Virus record (IMG/VR): IMGVR_UViG_3300046780_000922
Source of the DNA: an uncultured virus (IMG/VR IMGVR_UViG_3300046780_000922)
Lineage: Duplodnaviria; Heunggongvirae; Uroviricota; Caudoviricetes
Strand: one strand, 5' to 3'
DNA length: 64,000 nt
Shown here: positions 28,816 through 37,484 of the stretch, piece after piece
Position numbering within the stretch: position 1 is the stretch's first letter
Layout of the letters: each line of letters begins with the position of its first letter
Notes under the pieces: generated by a model
Told to the model about the DNA's origin: nothing
The model's database searches: none
Seen by the model: only the letters and a program-made list of their open reading frames with translations
Position numbers and translations under genes: made by a program

Positions 28816-30736
28816 GTGTTTAGCTCCTCTGGTTTGATCAGGGTCATGCTGCCGGAACCGCCGCGTGTGGTTGTCCAGCGCCAGACTTCTCGATCTGGTA
28901 GTTGCTCGTAATCGTAGGCCACGATGTTGCGCTTACGCATGAGCTTCATGAGTGCAGCCCGCTTGCGCGCGAACAGGAAGCCGGGCTGATGCCGCGGGCA
29001 GCGAGAGAAGTCCACTTGCGTCAGCTCCGCCCGCGGCGCGCCCACGAGGATCGCTCGCGCACGGCAGCAGCCCCAGCTACAAGCCCAGTGCGGCTTACGG
29101 CTCACGCGGACCGGCCTTGAGCTTCTCGATCGCGGCTTTCATCGAGGCGCACTTGCGCATGAGCGAGGCTGCCGCCTCGCTACGCACGAGCTGCCGTGCA
29201 TCGCCGCCTCGCAGGATGAGCTTGATCAGACTGTCGAGGAGTAGGACTTCCGCCTCGGAGAAGCTCTGCGAGGCGGCGATGCGCTTGTTCGGCGCCATCA
29301 GAGATGCGTCCGCTTGAACTCTTCGAAGTAGCCGCGCATCGCGTCGCGCGCTTCGTCGGTCTCGAGCCACTCCTCGAACTGGGCGAGCCAGCTCGAGCGG
29401 CTGTCCTTCATATCCGCGTTCCACTCCTTGGCGAACGCGTCGGCCAAGAGCTTCATGAACTGGGCGAACTCGGCCGCGGTGCAATCGAATGCGGGATCCT
29501 CGAACATCAGTGCCTCTCTTTCGTTGGTTTCGGTTCCGTGGAGATGCGCTCTACGCAGACGTTGTCGTAGACCGGAATGCTTGCCGTCCGCCCGATGTGG
29601 ACGTTCCAGACGATCTGCCGTTCGTGGCGCAGGCAGTAGTCGCGGCGCGTGCCAGCCTGCGAGCACGCCAGCACGAACAAGACCACGAGCGCGCAGAAGA
29701 GCGCTCGCATGAGTTGCCGGCGGCGCTGGTAGTGCCGCACGCCGGCTTGGAGCTCGAACGCGCTACGAAAGGTCGCGATCACGTCAGTCGACACGGCCGG
29801 CTACTTTCTGGGCGAGGTACCCCTCGATGATCGCGATGATGTTCTCGGGCACGGAGAGCGCTTCATCCTCCGGCTTGCGATCGTAGACGTTGAGCTTCTG
29901 CCAGCGCCCCGGGCCCCCGCTGTCCGTGTAGACGCCCTGTTTGCGGAACGAGATGGTGGTGCCGCTCGCGGGCTTCGTGCCCGTCAGGCGGTCCATCTTC
30001 GGCGTGAACGAGGCCAACGCCTTGAACGCTTGCAGGCGGTACTCCCACGTGCCAGCGACCCGCTTTTCAGTCTTCGTGCTCATCTTCATCACCTCCCGTG
30101 GATCGGACAATCGATGTTCGCGTCTGCGATGTCGGTGCACAGACAGCCCCTGGGTTGGCGCTGTCGGTAGAGGCCAGTCTCAGCGTGCTTGCGCAAGCGG
30201 GCGATGACGGCGCGGTTGTTACGACAACCGTGGCAGAGGAGCGGTGCATCCGGCCGCACCCGGCACTGATCGCAGGGCTCGAACTCCAGATTGACCCAGA
30301 CACGTTTGTTTGTCATAGCCACTCCGCGAAATGCAAGGGGTCGTTGAGGGTTCTGTCGATCTTATCGATTCGGGCAGTCCCGGAGATGCGGATCTCGATT
30401 CGCTCGAAAAGCCGCAACGGCTTGGTACTCGCCGCGTACAATATCTGTTGCGGCATCGTCCCGAGCTTGAATCGGAAAGGGTGTGGTCGACGTGAGGACC
30501 GATTCCAGAAGAACATACGCATGTCAGCGCTTCACTGTCAGTCGGTCTGTGCTACGATCGGTCGCGCGAACTCGCTCGATCGTGATTCGATACTGGCCCT
30601 GCGTTATGCGGTAGCCAGCCACGCCTAGCGCGATCTCGATTTCGTCAGTCAGTTCGACACGTCGCGACGGGCCTTTGCCCTCCACGTAGACCTCGATTTC
30701 GGCCCAGCGTGTCACGGGGCGCACGCTGTGTTGCAC
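28812..30736 (-). other. chain of about 8 short, translationally coupled hypothetical ORFs (28812-29105, 29095-29298, 29298-29507, 29507-29794, 29784-30089, 30089-30322, 30313-30522, 30524-30736)
   Basis: Overlapping start/stop codons typical of a phage accessory region. Confidence 0.5.
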
Positions 30737-31125
30737 TCGCCGTTGACGACGATGGCGAGGTTAGCGCACGAGTCGACCTGCGTCTGTAGGTCGTTCAGGC
30801 ACCAATCGGGGTTCGGGCCGGTGCAGACGGGCGCCCAGCTCGAGGGGCACGCGATGCCGCAGCTGAATCGCGCGTTGAGCTGGTCGACGAGCGCGCAGAC
30901 GGTATCCCGCTCGACGGCCGGGGGCTCGTAGGCGTCCGGTGCGTCCGGCTCGCTGGCGTCCGTTCCAGCGTCCGCGTCCGTGCTGCCGGCGTCATCGCCG
31001 CACGCGGGGTCCGGGCAGGTCGTGACGCTGCCGTCCGTGGTGACGTCGCACGGCGGGCAGTGCCACTCGTGCGTGCTCTGCGCACAGGCGGTGAGGAGCA
31101 CGAGAGCGAGATAAAGCTTGCGCAT
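30712..31125 (-). CDS. Cys-rich lipoprotein with Asp-Ala-Gly linker
   Basis: MRKLYLALVLLTAC lipobox; DDAGSTDADAGTDA; multiple Cys. Confidence 0.7.
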   Translation of the reverse strand: MRKLYLALVLLTACAQSTHEWHCPPCDVTTDGSVTTCPDPACGDDAGSTDADAGTDASEPDAPDAYEPPAVERDTVCALVDQLNARFSCGIACPSSWAPVCTGPNPDWCLNDLQTQVDSCANLAIVVNGECNTACAP

Positions 31126-31130
31126 GATGA

Positions 31131-32096
31131 TCAGTCCTCCAGAGTCTTGGCCGCTTTGAGCAGCGACACCTTGTGCTCTTCTTCGCGCACCTTGATCGTC
31201 TCGATCTTCTCCATATCGAGCACGCTCTCGAGCGCTTCGGTGATGATGTCACGGAGCGTGGTCGGGTCGAGCGCATCCACCTCCCACGAGGAATCGCCGT
31301 GCTTGTCCACGTAGGCCTTGGCGCGACTGTCCGAGAGCTTCGCCGGGTTGGGCGGCGGCGAGTATTCCTCGATCTGTTCCATCGTCAGCGCGAGCTTGCG
31401 GACGTCCAGCCAAATCTTCGGATGCCGGGTCCTCGAGTCCGCGATGGTCTCGACCGTCACCTCATCGCCGCTCCAGTCGACGAGTAGGCCATTGTTCAAG
31501 AACTGGTGGAGCCGCTCCGAGATGTCGCGGACCATGTCCTCGCCAGACGGGTCGTGGTCGCCGAGGTAGAAGACGATGGCCTCCGAAACGCCGTAGCGCT
31601 TGCACTTGCGACGAATCCGATCGGCCGACTCCTTCATCGCGCTTGAGCTCGAGTAGCCGCGGTTGACCATGAGCGTGACGTGGTACTCCGCGGCGATCGG
31701 TTCGAGCACGCCCGCGAGCGCGTCTTTCTCGACCCATAGCTCGACGTAGACGCTCTGACCATCGAGACGCGGTAGCCGGTAGCTCCGCAGTGCCGACTCG
31801 AGCATCGCCTTGGGCGAGGCGTGCTCGGCCCAGATGACGGGTCGACGAACACGGTCCTCGAGTGCATCCCAGTCCACCAAGCCCCCGCAGCGAGCGCTCG
31901 AGATGATGCTCCCCAAGCGCTTGTAGCTCTTCTCGGTGTTGGGAATCAGATCGCGCGAGACGAACTGGTAGTACAGCTGGCGCAACGTCAGCGTGAGGCC
32001 TTGCGCCAGATAGCTCTCGATGATCGAGTTGGCCTTGAGGATCGTCTTGCGCGTCTCGGCGGAGGGGTTGTAGTTCTCGAAAAACTCGCGTGCCAT
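31131..32096 (-). CDS. Topoisomerase VI-A/Spo11-like Toprim protein
   Basis: LTLRQLYY (catalytic Tyr helix), VELWVEKDAL, YLGDHDPSG (DxD), WEVDAL. Confidence 0.8.
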   Translation of the reverse strand: MAREFFENYNPSAETRKTILKANSIIESYLAQGLTLTLRQLYYQFVSRDLIPNTEKSYKRLGSIISSARCGGLVDWDALEDRVRRPVIWAEHASPKAMLESALRSYRLPRLDGQSVYVELWVEKDALAGVLEPIAAEYHVTLMVNRGYSSSSAMKESADRIRRKCKRYGVSEAIVFYLGDHDPSGEDMVRDISERLHQFLNNGLLVDWSGDEVTVETIADSRTRHPKIWLDVRKLALTMEQIEEYSPPPNPAKLSDSRAKAYVDKHGDSSWEVDALDPTTLRDIITEALESVLDMEKIETIKVREEEHKVSLLKAAKTLED

Positions 32097-32100
32097 CGGC

Positions 32101-32517
32101 CTATCTCCCCAGATCAGCAAGCCACTTGCGAAGGGAGTCTATCTCCCCCAAGTGCAGCCAGTCCACCGTGCCCCATTGCGCGGTGAAGTTGTGCGGACGA
32201 TCGCCCCCGCTCACCACGATGTGGGGCACGCCCGTCCCGTCGAGCGTGCTGAGCACGCGGTCCCCGATGGGCTGAGCCTCACGCCCGTCTCGCCGGGGGA
32301 AGCTCCAGTCCGTGATGACGCCGGCCCATCGACTGGGCACGGTGGCCCAGCTACCGATGGTGGACTGCAAGCTGAAAATGACGTCCATCCACTCCGCCAA
32401 GGTGTGCAAGCGCACGAGCTCGAGATCAGGCCGCGCTTGCTGAACGATCCGGCGCAGCGTAGACGCCTTCAGGTCGTCGTCTTCGATGAGCCAGAGGACT
32501 TTGGCGCCGGTGGTCAT
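32101..32517 (-). CDS. response-regulator receiver-like protein
   Basis: WLIEDD, VITDWSFP (phospho-Asp position), IVVSG. Confidence 0.6.
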   Translation of the reverse strand: MTTGAKVLWLIEDDDLKASTLRRIVQQARPDLELVRLHTLAEWMDVIFSLQSTIGSWATVPSRWAGVITDWSFPRRDGREAQPIGDRVLSTLDGTGVPHIVVSGGDRPHNFTAQWGTVDWLHLGEIDSLRKWLADLGR

Positions 32518-32737
32518 TCGTCCTCTGACCAGCCCGCACAGAACTCGCCGCCTTGATTCGCAGCGGCCGGTTTCAAATCAATGCGTGGTGCCCACGGTTT
32601 GATGACCGTCACCTCGCCACAGTCAGTGCACGTGAGCGTCAGCTCGGAGAAACCGACCAACCCATCGGGAATGGCGACCGCATGAATCGTTGCGGTCTTA
32701 CAGCCGCAGTTGCCGCACTTCACGATGCTGCGCTTGC

Positions 32738-33211
32738 TCATGACTGGCCGGCTTTCTTGAGCAGCGCCGGATGCCAGCACGTTACGCGCCGGCCGGTCAC
32801 TTGCTCGACGTGGCGGTAAAGGCCCGCTGCGACGAGCAGCGACTCACGTGCGGTCGCTGCCATGTTCGGATCACCGGCCCACTGCGCCGCCTCATCCATG
32901 AGGTAGTCAGCGACACCTCGCAGCGCCTTTACAGACGGCGGCGGAACGGCAGCCAGATCGGCGTATCCCCGACGCGGACGCTTGGCCATGACTTTGGCGC
33001 CGGTGGTCACTTGATCACTTCCCGCGAGGACCACGGTGCGCGGATCACGCGCGTAGAACCCCTCGGGCACGGCATCACAATCCCAGCGCACGATGATCCG
33101 GCCGTCCGGCCGAACTTCGGTCACGGTGCCGCGCATGTTCGCGTACGCACGGATCGAGTCCGGCCGGATATCGGCCGGTTTCACCCGGGCACCCACCATA
33201 AACGTGCTCAT
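32738..33211 (-). CDS. hypothetical protein (SH3/KOW-like N-terminus)
   Basis: FMVGARVK...GTVTEV...IIVRWD; GAGG RBS. Confidence 0.55.
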   Translation of the reverse strand: MSTFMVGARVKPADIRPDSIRAYANMRGTVTEVRPDGRIIVRWDCDAVPEGFYARDPRTVVLAGSDQVTTGAKVMAKRPRRGYADLAAVPPPSVKALRGVADYLMDEAAQWAGDPNMAATARESLLVAAGLYRHVEQVTGRRVTCWHPALLKKAGQS

Positions 33212-33239
33212 CTTCTTGTTGCCTCTCTAGCCGGTCACT

Positions 33240-33288
33240 TGACCGCGCTCGGAGAGCGCTCGCGAGGAGCGCCTACCGGCCGCGTTCA
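33240..33288 (-). repeat. conserved intergenic hairpin motif, copy A
   Basis: CGGCCGGTAG-GCGCTC ctcgc GAGCGC-TCTCCGAGCG starting at the upstream stop codon. Confidence 0.8.
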
Positions 33289-33894
33289 ACGCTTCTTCGA
33301 ACCCGGGTAGCGGACCTCGCCGAACATGTCCGTGGTCGAACCCTCGCCGGGCTTCACCAGCGGCGCCGCCTCGCCTTCGGCGAACATCGCCTCGCCTTCG
33401 GCGAACCACATCTTTTGAGCGGCTTTGCCGAAATCGCACGCGTCATCCTCACCGAATCCGCGGCCAGCGGCGAAGCCGTGGGCGTAGTCGTACGCATCGA
33501 GCGCGCGTTCCGGGTCCAAGTCCGCTATCCAGGTGTGGAAGTCCTCGTGCAGCTTCGTTGCGTCGAGCGCCGCCGTCTCTTGCTTCGGTTCGAGCACGCT
33601 CACGACCGCATCGAGCACGCGCTCGAAATCGCTCTCGTCGTCGAGCGCGCAGGACTCCACCGTGAGGAGCGCCGTTCGCACGCGATCGCGCAACGCGGCC
33701 CTGGCGCGCACTGCACAAGGAATGGCACCTGGCGAGGCGAACAGCACTCGTCCGGTCGTGTAGCTACCGGGCTCCTCGCCAGTCCACACCGGCGCGCGTG
33801 GGATGTTCGCAGCTGCCAACGCTGCCGCTGCGCGCTCGCACTCGGCGAGCGTGTTGACGGGGTACGGAGCCCCGTTCACGAAAACCGTCTCCAT
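33286..33894 (-). CDS. hypothetical protein
   Basis: GAGG RBS; flanked by motif copies A and B. Confidence 0.6.
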   Translation of the reverse strand: METVFVNGAPYPVNTLAECERAAAALAAANIPRAPVWTGEEPGSYTTGRVLFASPGAIPCAVRARAALRDRVRTALLTVESCALDDESDFERVLDAVVSVLEPKQETAALDATKLHEDFHTWIADLDPERALDAYDYAHGFAAGRGFGEDDACDFGKAAQKMWFAEGEAMFAEGEAAPLVKPGEGSTTDMFGEVRYPGSKKR

Positions 33895-33913
33895 TCTGCC
33901 TCGCTTCTAGCGG

Positions 33914-33963
33914 TGAGCCCGCTCGGAGAGCCTCGATTGCTCGAGGCCTACCGGCCGGGTTCA
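33914..33963 (-). repeat. conserved intergenic hairpin motif, copy B
   Basis: CGGCCGGTAG-GCCTCGA gcaa TCGAGGC-TCTCCGAGCG. Confidence 0.8.
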
Positions 33964-35019
33964 GCCGAGCATGTCGGTCAGCATCGCGCGCCCGATGGAC
34001 GTGTCATCGATGCCGTGTGCGTGCGCCTCGATGGATGCCTTCGAGGCAAGGGAGCCGTCAGCGAGAACCACTTCGATGACCTTGCGGATTTCCTCGACGC
34101 GCTTGCCGCGCGTGCCGAAGAGCAGCGAATCGAGCTTGTCGGCTCCGCCGCGGGCCGCGCGGGCTTGACCGTCCACGGTGCGGTCTACGAGCCACGTGGC
34201 AGCGTTCCAGAGCGTGGCGAGCGTCGAACCGGCTTGGTTCTCAGCGCGCTCGGCTGCGCGCAACGCGTCCGCACGCAAGTTCAATGCGCGAGTCTGTTCG
34301 CGGCCGGGTTCCGCCGGTGCGGGAAAGAGACGCGCCAGGATTTCCTCCGCATCGGTACGGCTCACCGTGCGCGCTTCTGCCGTGTGATAGAGTTCTTTGA
34401 TCTTACAGCCCTCTTTGACCGCGGCATCGATCGCCTTGGCGAGCGCGGCGATCTTTTCGGGGAGCGTCGAGGTGTGGCGAATGCGTGCGGAAGCCTCATC
34501 GCCCTGGAGCATCGATGCCAGCTGGTTGGCACAGAAAAAGCGCATCGCGGTCATGCCGCAGGTGAGTCGTAACGAGCCGTCGAAAGCGTCTGCGATGGCC
34601 AAGTTCGTGAGAATGCCGTTGCTCTGTCCAACCTCGAACGTCGCGAGCAGTCGAGCACCACCGCGGAGCGCGAAGGCTCCGGTTGGCCGCGCTCCGGCCT
34701 CGACTGCGGCCTGACAAAGCTCGCGCCAACCCGCCGGAGTGGTGTGCGTATAGCGATCGCCCACCATGCCGAGCGCGCGCCGCGAACCATCCGCATACTC
34801 GCCCACGACAGCCTTGGCCATCTCGCGCGGGATATCGAGCTTACCGTCGACCGTCTTGACTGAGAACTGGCCCACACGGACTGGCCACGCGCCCGACTGC
34901 TCGCCAGCTACGATGAGATCGCTCGCCGTCTTGATTTCGCCCGCTTGCTTCAGGCCGTACCAGCTCGACTTGAGAAGCGCATTGGTGTGAACGCCCTGGA
35001 TCTGTTCGTGCTTGTCCAT
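33961..35019 (-). CDS. DUF932-family phage protein
   Basis: LGMVGDRY, GAFALRGG, DGS...TAMRFFCANQL, RIRHT, TLWNAAT. Confidence 0.8.
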   Translation of the reverse strand: MDKHEQIQGVHTNALLKSSWYGLKQAGEIKTASDLIVAGEQSGAWPVRVGQFSVKTVDGKLDIPREMAKAVVGEYADGSRRALGMVGDRYTHTTPAGWRELCQAAVEAGARPTGAFALRGGARLLATFEVGQSNGILTNLAIADAFDGSLRLTCGMTAMRFFCANQLASMLQGDEASARIRHTSTLPEKIAALAKAIDAAVKEGCKIKELYHTAEARTVSRTDAEEILARLFPAPAEPGREQTRALNLRADALRAAERAENQAGSTLATLWNAATWLVDRTVDGQARAARGGADKLDSLLFGTRGKRVEEIRKVIEVVLADGSLASKASIEAHAHGIDDTSIGRAMLTDMLG

Positions 35020-35057
35020 TTCGATGTCTCTTGTAGCGTGGGGAAGTGCGAAGTTCG

Positions 35058-35115
35058 TTCGCGCACGCTCGGAGAGACTCGGATCGTTGTCCGAGCCCTA
35101 CCGGCCGGGTGCGAA
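35058..35115 (-). repeat. conserved intergenic hairpin motif, copy C
   Basis: CGGCCGGTAG-GGCTCGGA caacga TCCGAGTC-TCTCCGAGCG. Confidence 0.8.
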
Positions 35116-35147
35116 TGCTTGTGAGACGATCAGGCTCGCGTTTGTAT

Positions 35148-35369
35148 TCAGCCGCAGTCCGTGGATTCTCCGGTTCGCTCGCCACGGATCGTCATGTCGA
35201 GCGCGACCGAGCCGGAACACCCGCAACGAGTGCACTCGAACGAGCGGCCGCAGAACACGAGCAAGTGGCCACGCTTGGCGTAGCCGATGCGAAGCTCGTT
35301 GAACTTCGCGCGGAGCGCTTCCTTCGCGGCGAGTGCCTCGCGCTCAGTCTTGAAAACGTCGTTTTTCAT
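35148..35369 (-). CDS. small hypothetical protein
   Basis: GAAGG RBS; CTRC motif; downstream of hammerhead 1. Confidence 0.55.
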   Translation of the reverse strand: MKNDVFKTEREALAAKEALRAKFNELRIGYAKRGHLLVFCGRSFECTRCGCSGSVALDMTIRGERTGESTDCG

Positions 35370-35401
35370 GACCTTCGTTCTGCGCGTAGCGAACGCGCGT
35401 T

Positions 35402-35455
35402 GCCTCTTCAGGGCCGGAGCTACCGGCCGACCAGCGCTTACGCGCCGGTTTCGGC
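35402..35455 (-). ncRNA. type II hammerhead ribozyme 1
   Basis: GCC GAAA CCGGCGC guaa GCGCUGG UC^ GGCCGG uagcu CCGGCC CUGAAGA GGC: full core and three stems. Confidence 0.9.
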
Positions 35456-35881
35456 TTACCTTACGTCGCGCTCGAATCGCGCGAGCTCGTCAAGCAGGGC
35501 GCGATCGGCGCTGTGCGCCTTTGCCCATTTGCGGAGCGCTCGCCAAGCATCCCTGGCACGCCGTGGTGCGTCACTCGTACCGCGCTGGCCGTTGACGACA
35601 ACGCCGCTAGCGAGTAGGTCGAGCGAGAGCGCATCTTCAAAGCGTTCATCGTACTCGATTTCATTCCAGGGCAAGCGCTTAGTGCGCTCGCGTGACCAAA
35701 ACGGATTGGTCCAGTGATCTGCTTGCCGATCAGTGATGCGCCCGTCGCGATGCAGATTGTCGGTGTAGACCGTCCAAGCTTCACGCTTGGCCGGCATGTC
35801 GTTGGGCATCGAGTCCTCTTGGACGCGCCACAACGATCGGAACTCTGAAAGAGCCTCGGTTTTACGCATACATCTCAACAC
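35456..35881 (-). CDS. hypothetical phage protein
   Basis: GGAGG RBS; AKREAW...TDNLHRDGRIT..Q...W.NPF; lies between the two hammerheads. Confidence 0.65.
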   Translation of the reverse strand: MLRCMRKTEALSEFRSLWRVQEDSMPNDMPAKREAWTVYTDNLHRDGRITDRQADHWTNPFWSRERTKRLPWNEIEYDERFEDALSLDLLASGVVVNGQRGTSDAPRRARDAWRALRKWAKAHSADRALLDELARFERDVR

Positions 35882-35951
35882 TGTTTCAGAACCTCCGCTA
35901 ACCTAGACGCCAGCTACGTCCGTTTCTGACAGCGCGTAGCGAACGCGCGTT

Positions 35952-35999
35952 GCCTCTTCAGCGCGCCAGCGAGGCGCGGACCGCTTGCGCGGTTTCGGC
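35952..35999 (-). ncRNA. type II hammerhead ribozyme 2
   Basis: GCC GAAA CCGC gcaa GCGG UC^ CGCGCC ucgcu GGCGCG CUGAAGA GGC. Confidence 0.9.
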
Positions 36000-36003
36000 G
36001 GAA

Positions 36004-36408
36004 TCAAGCAGCGTCGAGCGCATCCGAGATGGCATCGAGCGTGCGCGCGTTGTAGTTGCGGCCGAAGTCTCGGCCCGTCCGTTCGCGGAGCACGTTGCGA
36101 AGCTCGCGTGCGGCGTGCTCGACGATGGCATCGGCGTTTTCGTACGTCGTGAGCCGTTGCTCGCGCACGTATTGATCGATTGTGGTCTCGTGCTCCGTGC
36201 CAACCCAGAGCGGCTCGAAGCCACCGTGCGCTCGCCATTCCTGGTAAGCGCCGATGCGCTCGGCAAGCTCGACGTCAGCGTCGCTGTAGTTGCGAACGAT
36301 GTAGAGCAGTGCTGCCAACGGATCCATGTTGCGCCTCGCTTGTGGTTGCCTCATCAGCGCGCGAGAACCGCTCGCGCGGACCGTGCGCAGCACGGTTTCG
36401 GCTTTCAC
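36004..36408 (-). CDS. hypothetical protein
   Basis: GTGA coupling with the upstream gene. Confidence 0.55.
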   Translation of the reverse strand: MKAETVLRTVRASGSRALMRQPQARRNMDPLAALLYIVRNYSDADVELAERIGAYQEWRAHGGFEPLWVGTEHETTIDQYVREQRLTTYENADAIVEHAARELRNVLRERTGRDFGRNYNARTLDAISDALDAA

Positions 36409-36812
36409 TGGTAGATGCGTCCGTCGTCACCGATGTACAGATTGCGCTCGCCAGCTGCCTTTGACGCCGCGTCGAGCGCGCTTGCGTGGGGTTCCGACCA
36501 GTCACCATCCCAGAACCCGCATCCGTGGCCGTTGCGGTTGAGCCAGAAGTCGTGGCCCGCTTGTTCGTAACGTCCGCCATGACGCGCCGCGTTCGGTACA
36601 TCCGCCGAATCGATCGTGTCGCTCATGAGCGCCAGGAACGCGTCACACTCGCGTTCCATCGCCTCGCGCGTCGCGTCCGCAAGGTCCCCGGGCCCGTAGT
36701 TTTGATCGATTGGGTCACCTCCGCTTTCGTCGCTTTCGTCGTTACTAGACCAAAGCGCGCAGGCGATGTACGCCGTGATGAAATCGTCGCGCTCACGCTC
36801 CGTTGCTGCCAT
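36405..36812 (-). CDS. conserved hypothetical phage protein, first gene of the early operon
   Basis: AGHDFWLNRNGHGCGFWD motif; GGAGG RBS at 36821-36825. Confidence 0.7.
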   Translation of the reverse strand: MAATERERDDFITAYIACALWSSNDESDESGGDPIDQNYGPGDLADATREAMERECDAFLALMSDTIDSADVPNAARHGGRYEQAGHDFWLNRNGHGCGFWDGDWSEPHASALDAASKAAGERNLYIGDDGRIYQ

Positions 36813-36820
36813 TTTCGTTG

Positions 36821-37135
36821 CCTCCGGTAGAGGGTTCCGACCGTCCGCTCGGGCGCGCCGAGTAGCAGTGGCCAGAGGATTGGAACCCTCTACCGGAGGG
36901 CGGAGCTCAAAGCCGCAAGCGCCAAGCTCCGCACCATCCTGCAATCACCCTTGTCAAAGAACGTGCGCACCATTCGCGCGTGCTCTGGCCTCAGTCCCGT
37001 TACTGACGTCCACCCAATGCGCCTTGCGGCGCCCACCTTGCGGCGGTTCCCCGGTGCCCCGCAGCGCTTCCGCTTGCGTTGCTCGGCCGGAGCCGAGCTT
37101 GGGCGCGTAATCCAGGTCAGTGAACGCGTTCTGCG
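36821..37135 (-). ncRNA. candidate structured leader RNA
   Basis: Perfect 18-bp inverted repeat 36821-36838/36882-36899; two GCAA-capped hairpins; enclosing stem 37002-37007/37116-37121. Confidence 0.45.
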
Positions 37136-37253
37136 GCGCCTGCCGTGTCACGCGGGCTCGGAAATCTCAGGGAAGCCAGGGAAGGGGGTTCCTCAAACCC
37201 AGGGAATCAGGGCAACCGCGCCCGCATTCCCTTGTTTCCTCAGCCTCAAACCC

Positions 37254-37322
37254 AGTATAGCCTCCCTGAATACAAAGTCAAACTTTGTACTCAGAAAAAG
37301 GTATGCACTAATAGTGCATACC
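37254..37322 (-). promoter_or_regulatory. sigma70 promoter with two palindromic operator-like sites
   Basis: TTGACT(37281-37276)-N16-TATACT(37259-37254); palindromes 37271-37289 and 37300-37322. Confidence 0.7.
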
Positions 37323-37484
37323 GGCCTGGTCCTGGGGAGGGCCCTGGCAAGCTCTAGGCGCCTTTCTGCGCCGGTTTCCCGGCGGAAGGCCTGGGGCCAG
37401 TCCAGGGAACCGAGCGTGTCACCCTGGCCAGCCTGGCTCGGCCACCCTGGCTTCCCTGAGGGGCCCGGGAGCCAGTCCAGGGAC

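Noticed and set aside
33240..33288. HDV-like ribozyme (GGCCGG start, UCCUCGC loop)
   Set aside because: The loop sequence is not conserved in the other three copies and the nested double pseudoknot cannot be built.
33240..35115. Hairpin repeats as canonical integron attC sites
   Set aside because: Only the 13.7 kb copy has AAC...GTT ends; the others lack GTTRRRY, and I see no IntI-specific insertion in the recombinase.
36866..36950. tRNA gene on the - strand (T-arm-like GAGGGTTCCAATCCTC, D-arm-like GCAGGATGGTGC)
   Set aside because: The acceptor stem pairs poorly and the anticodon loop is far too long; kept only as part of the structured leader.
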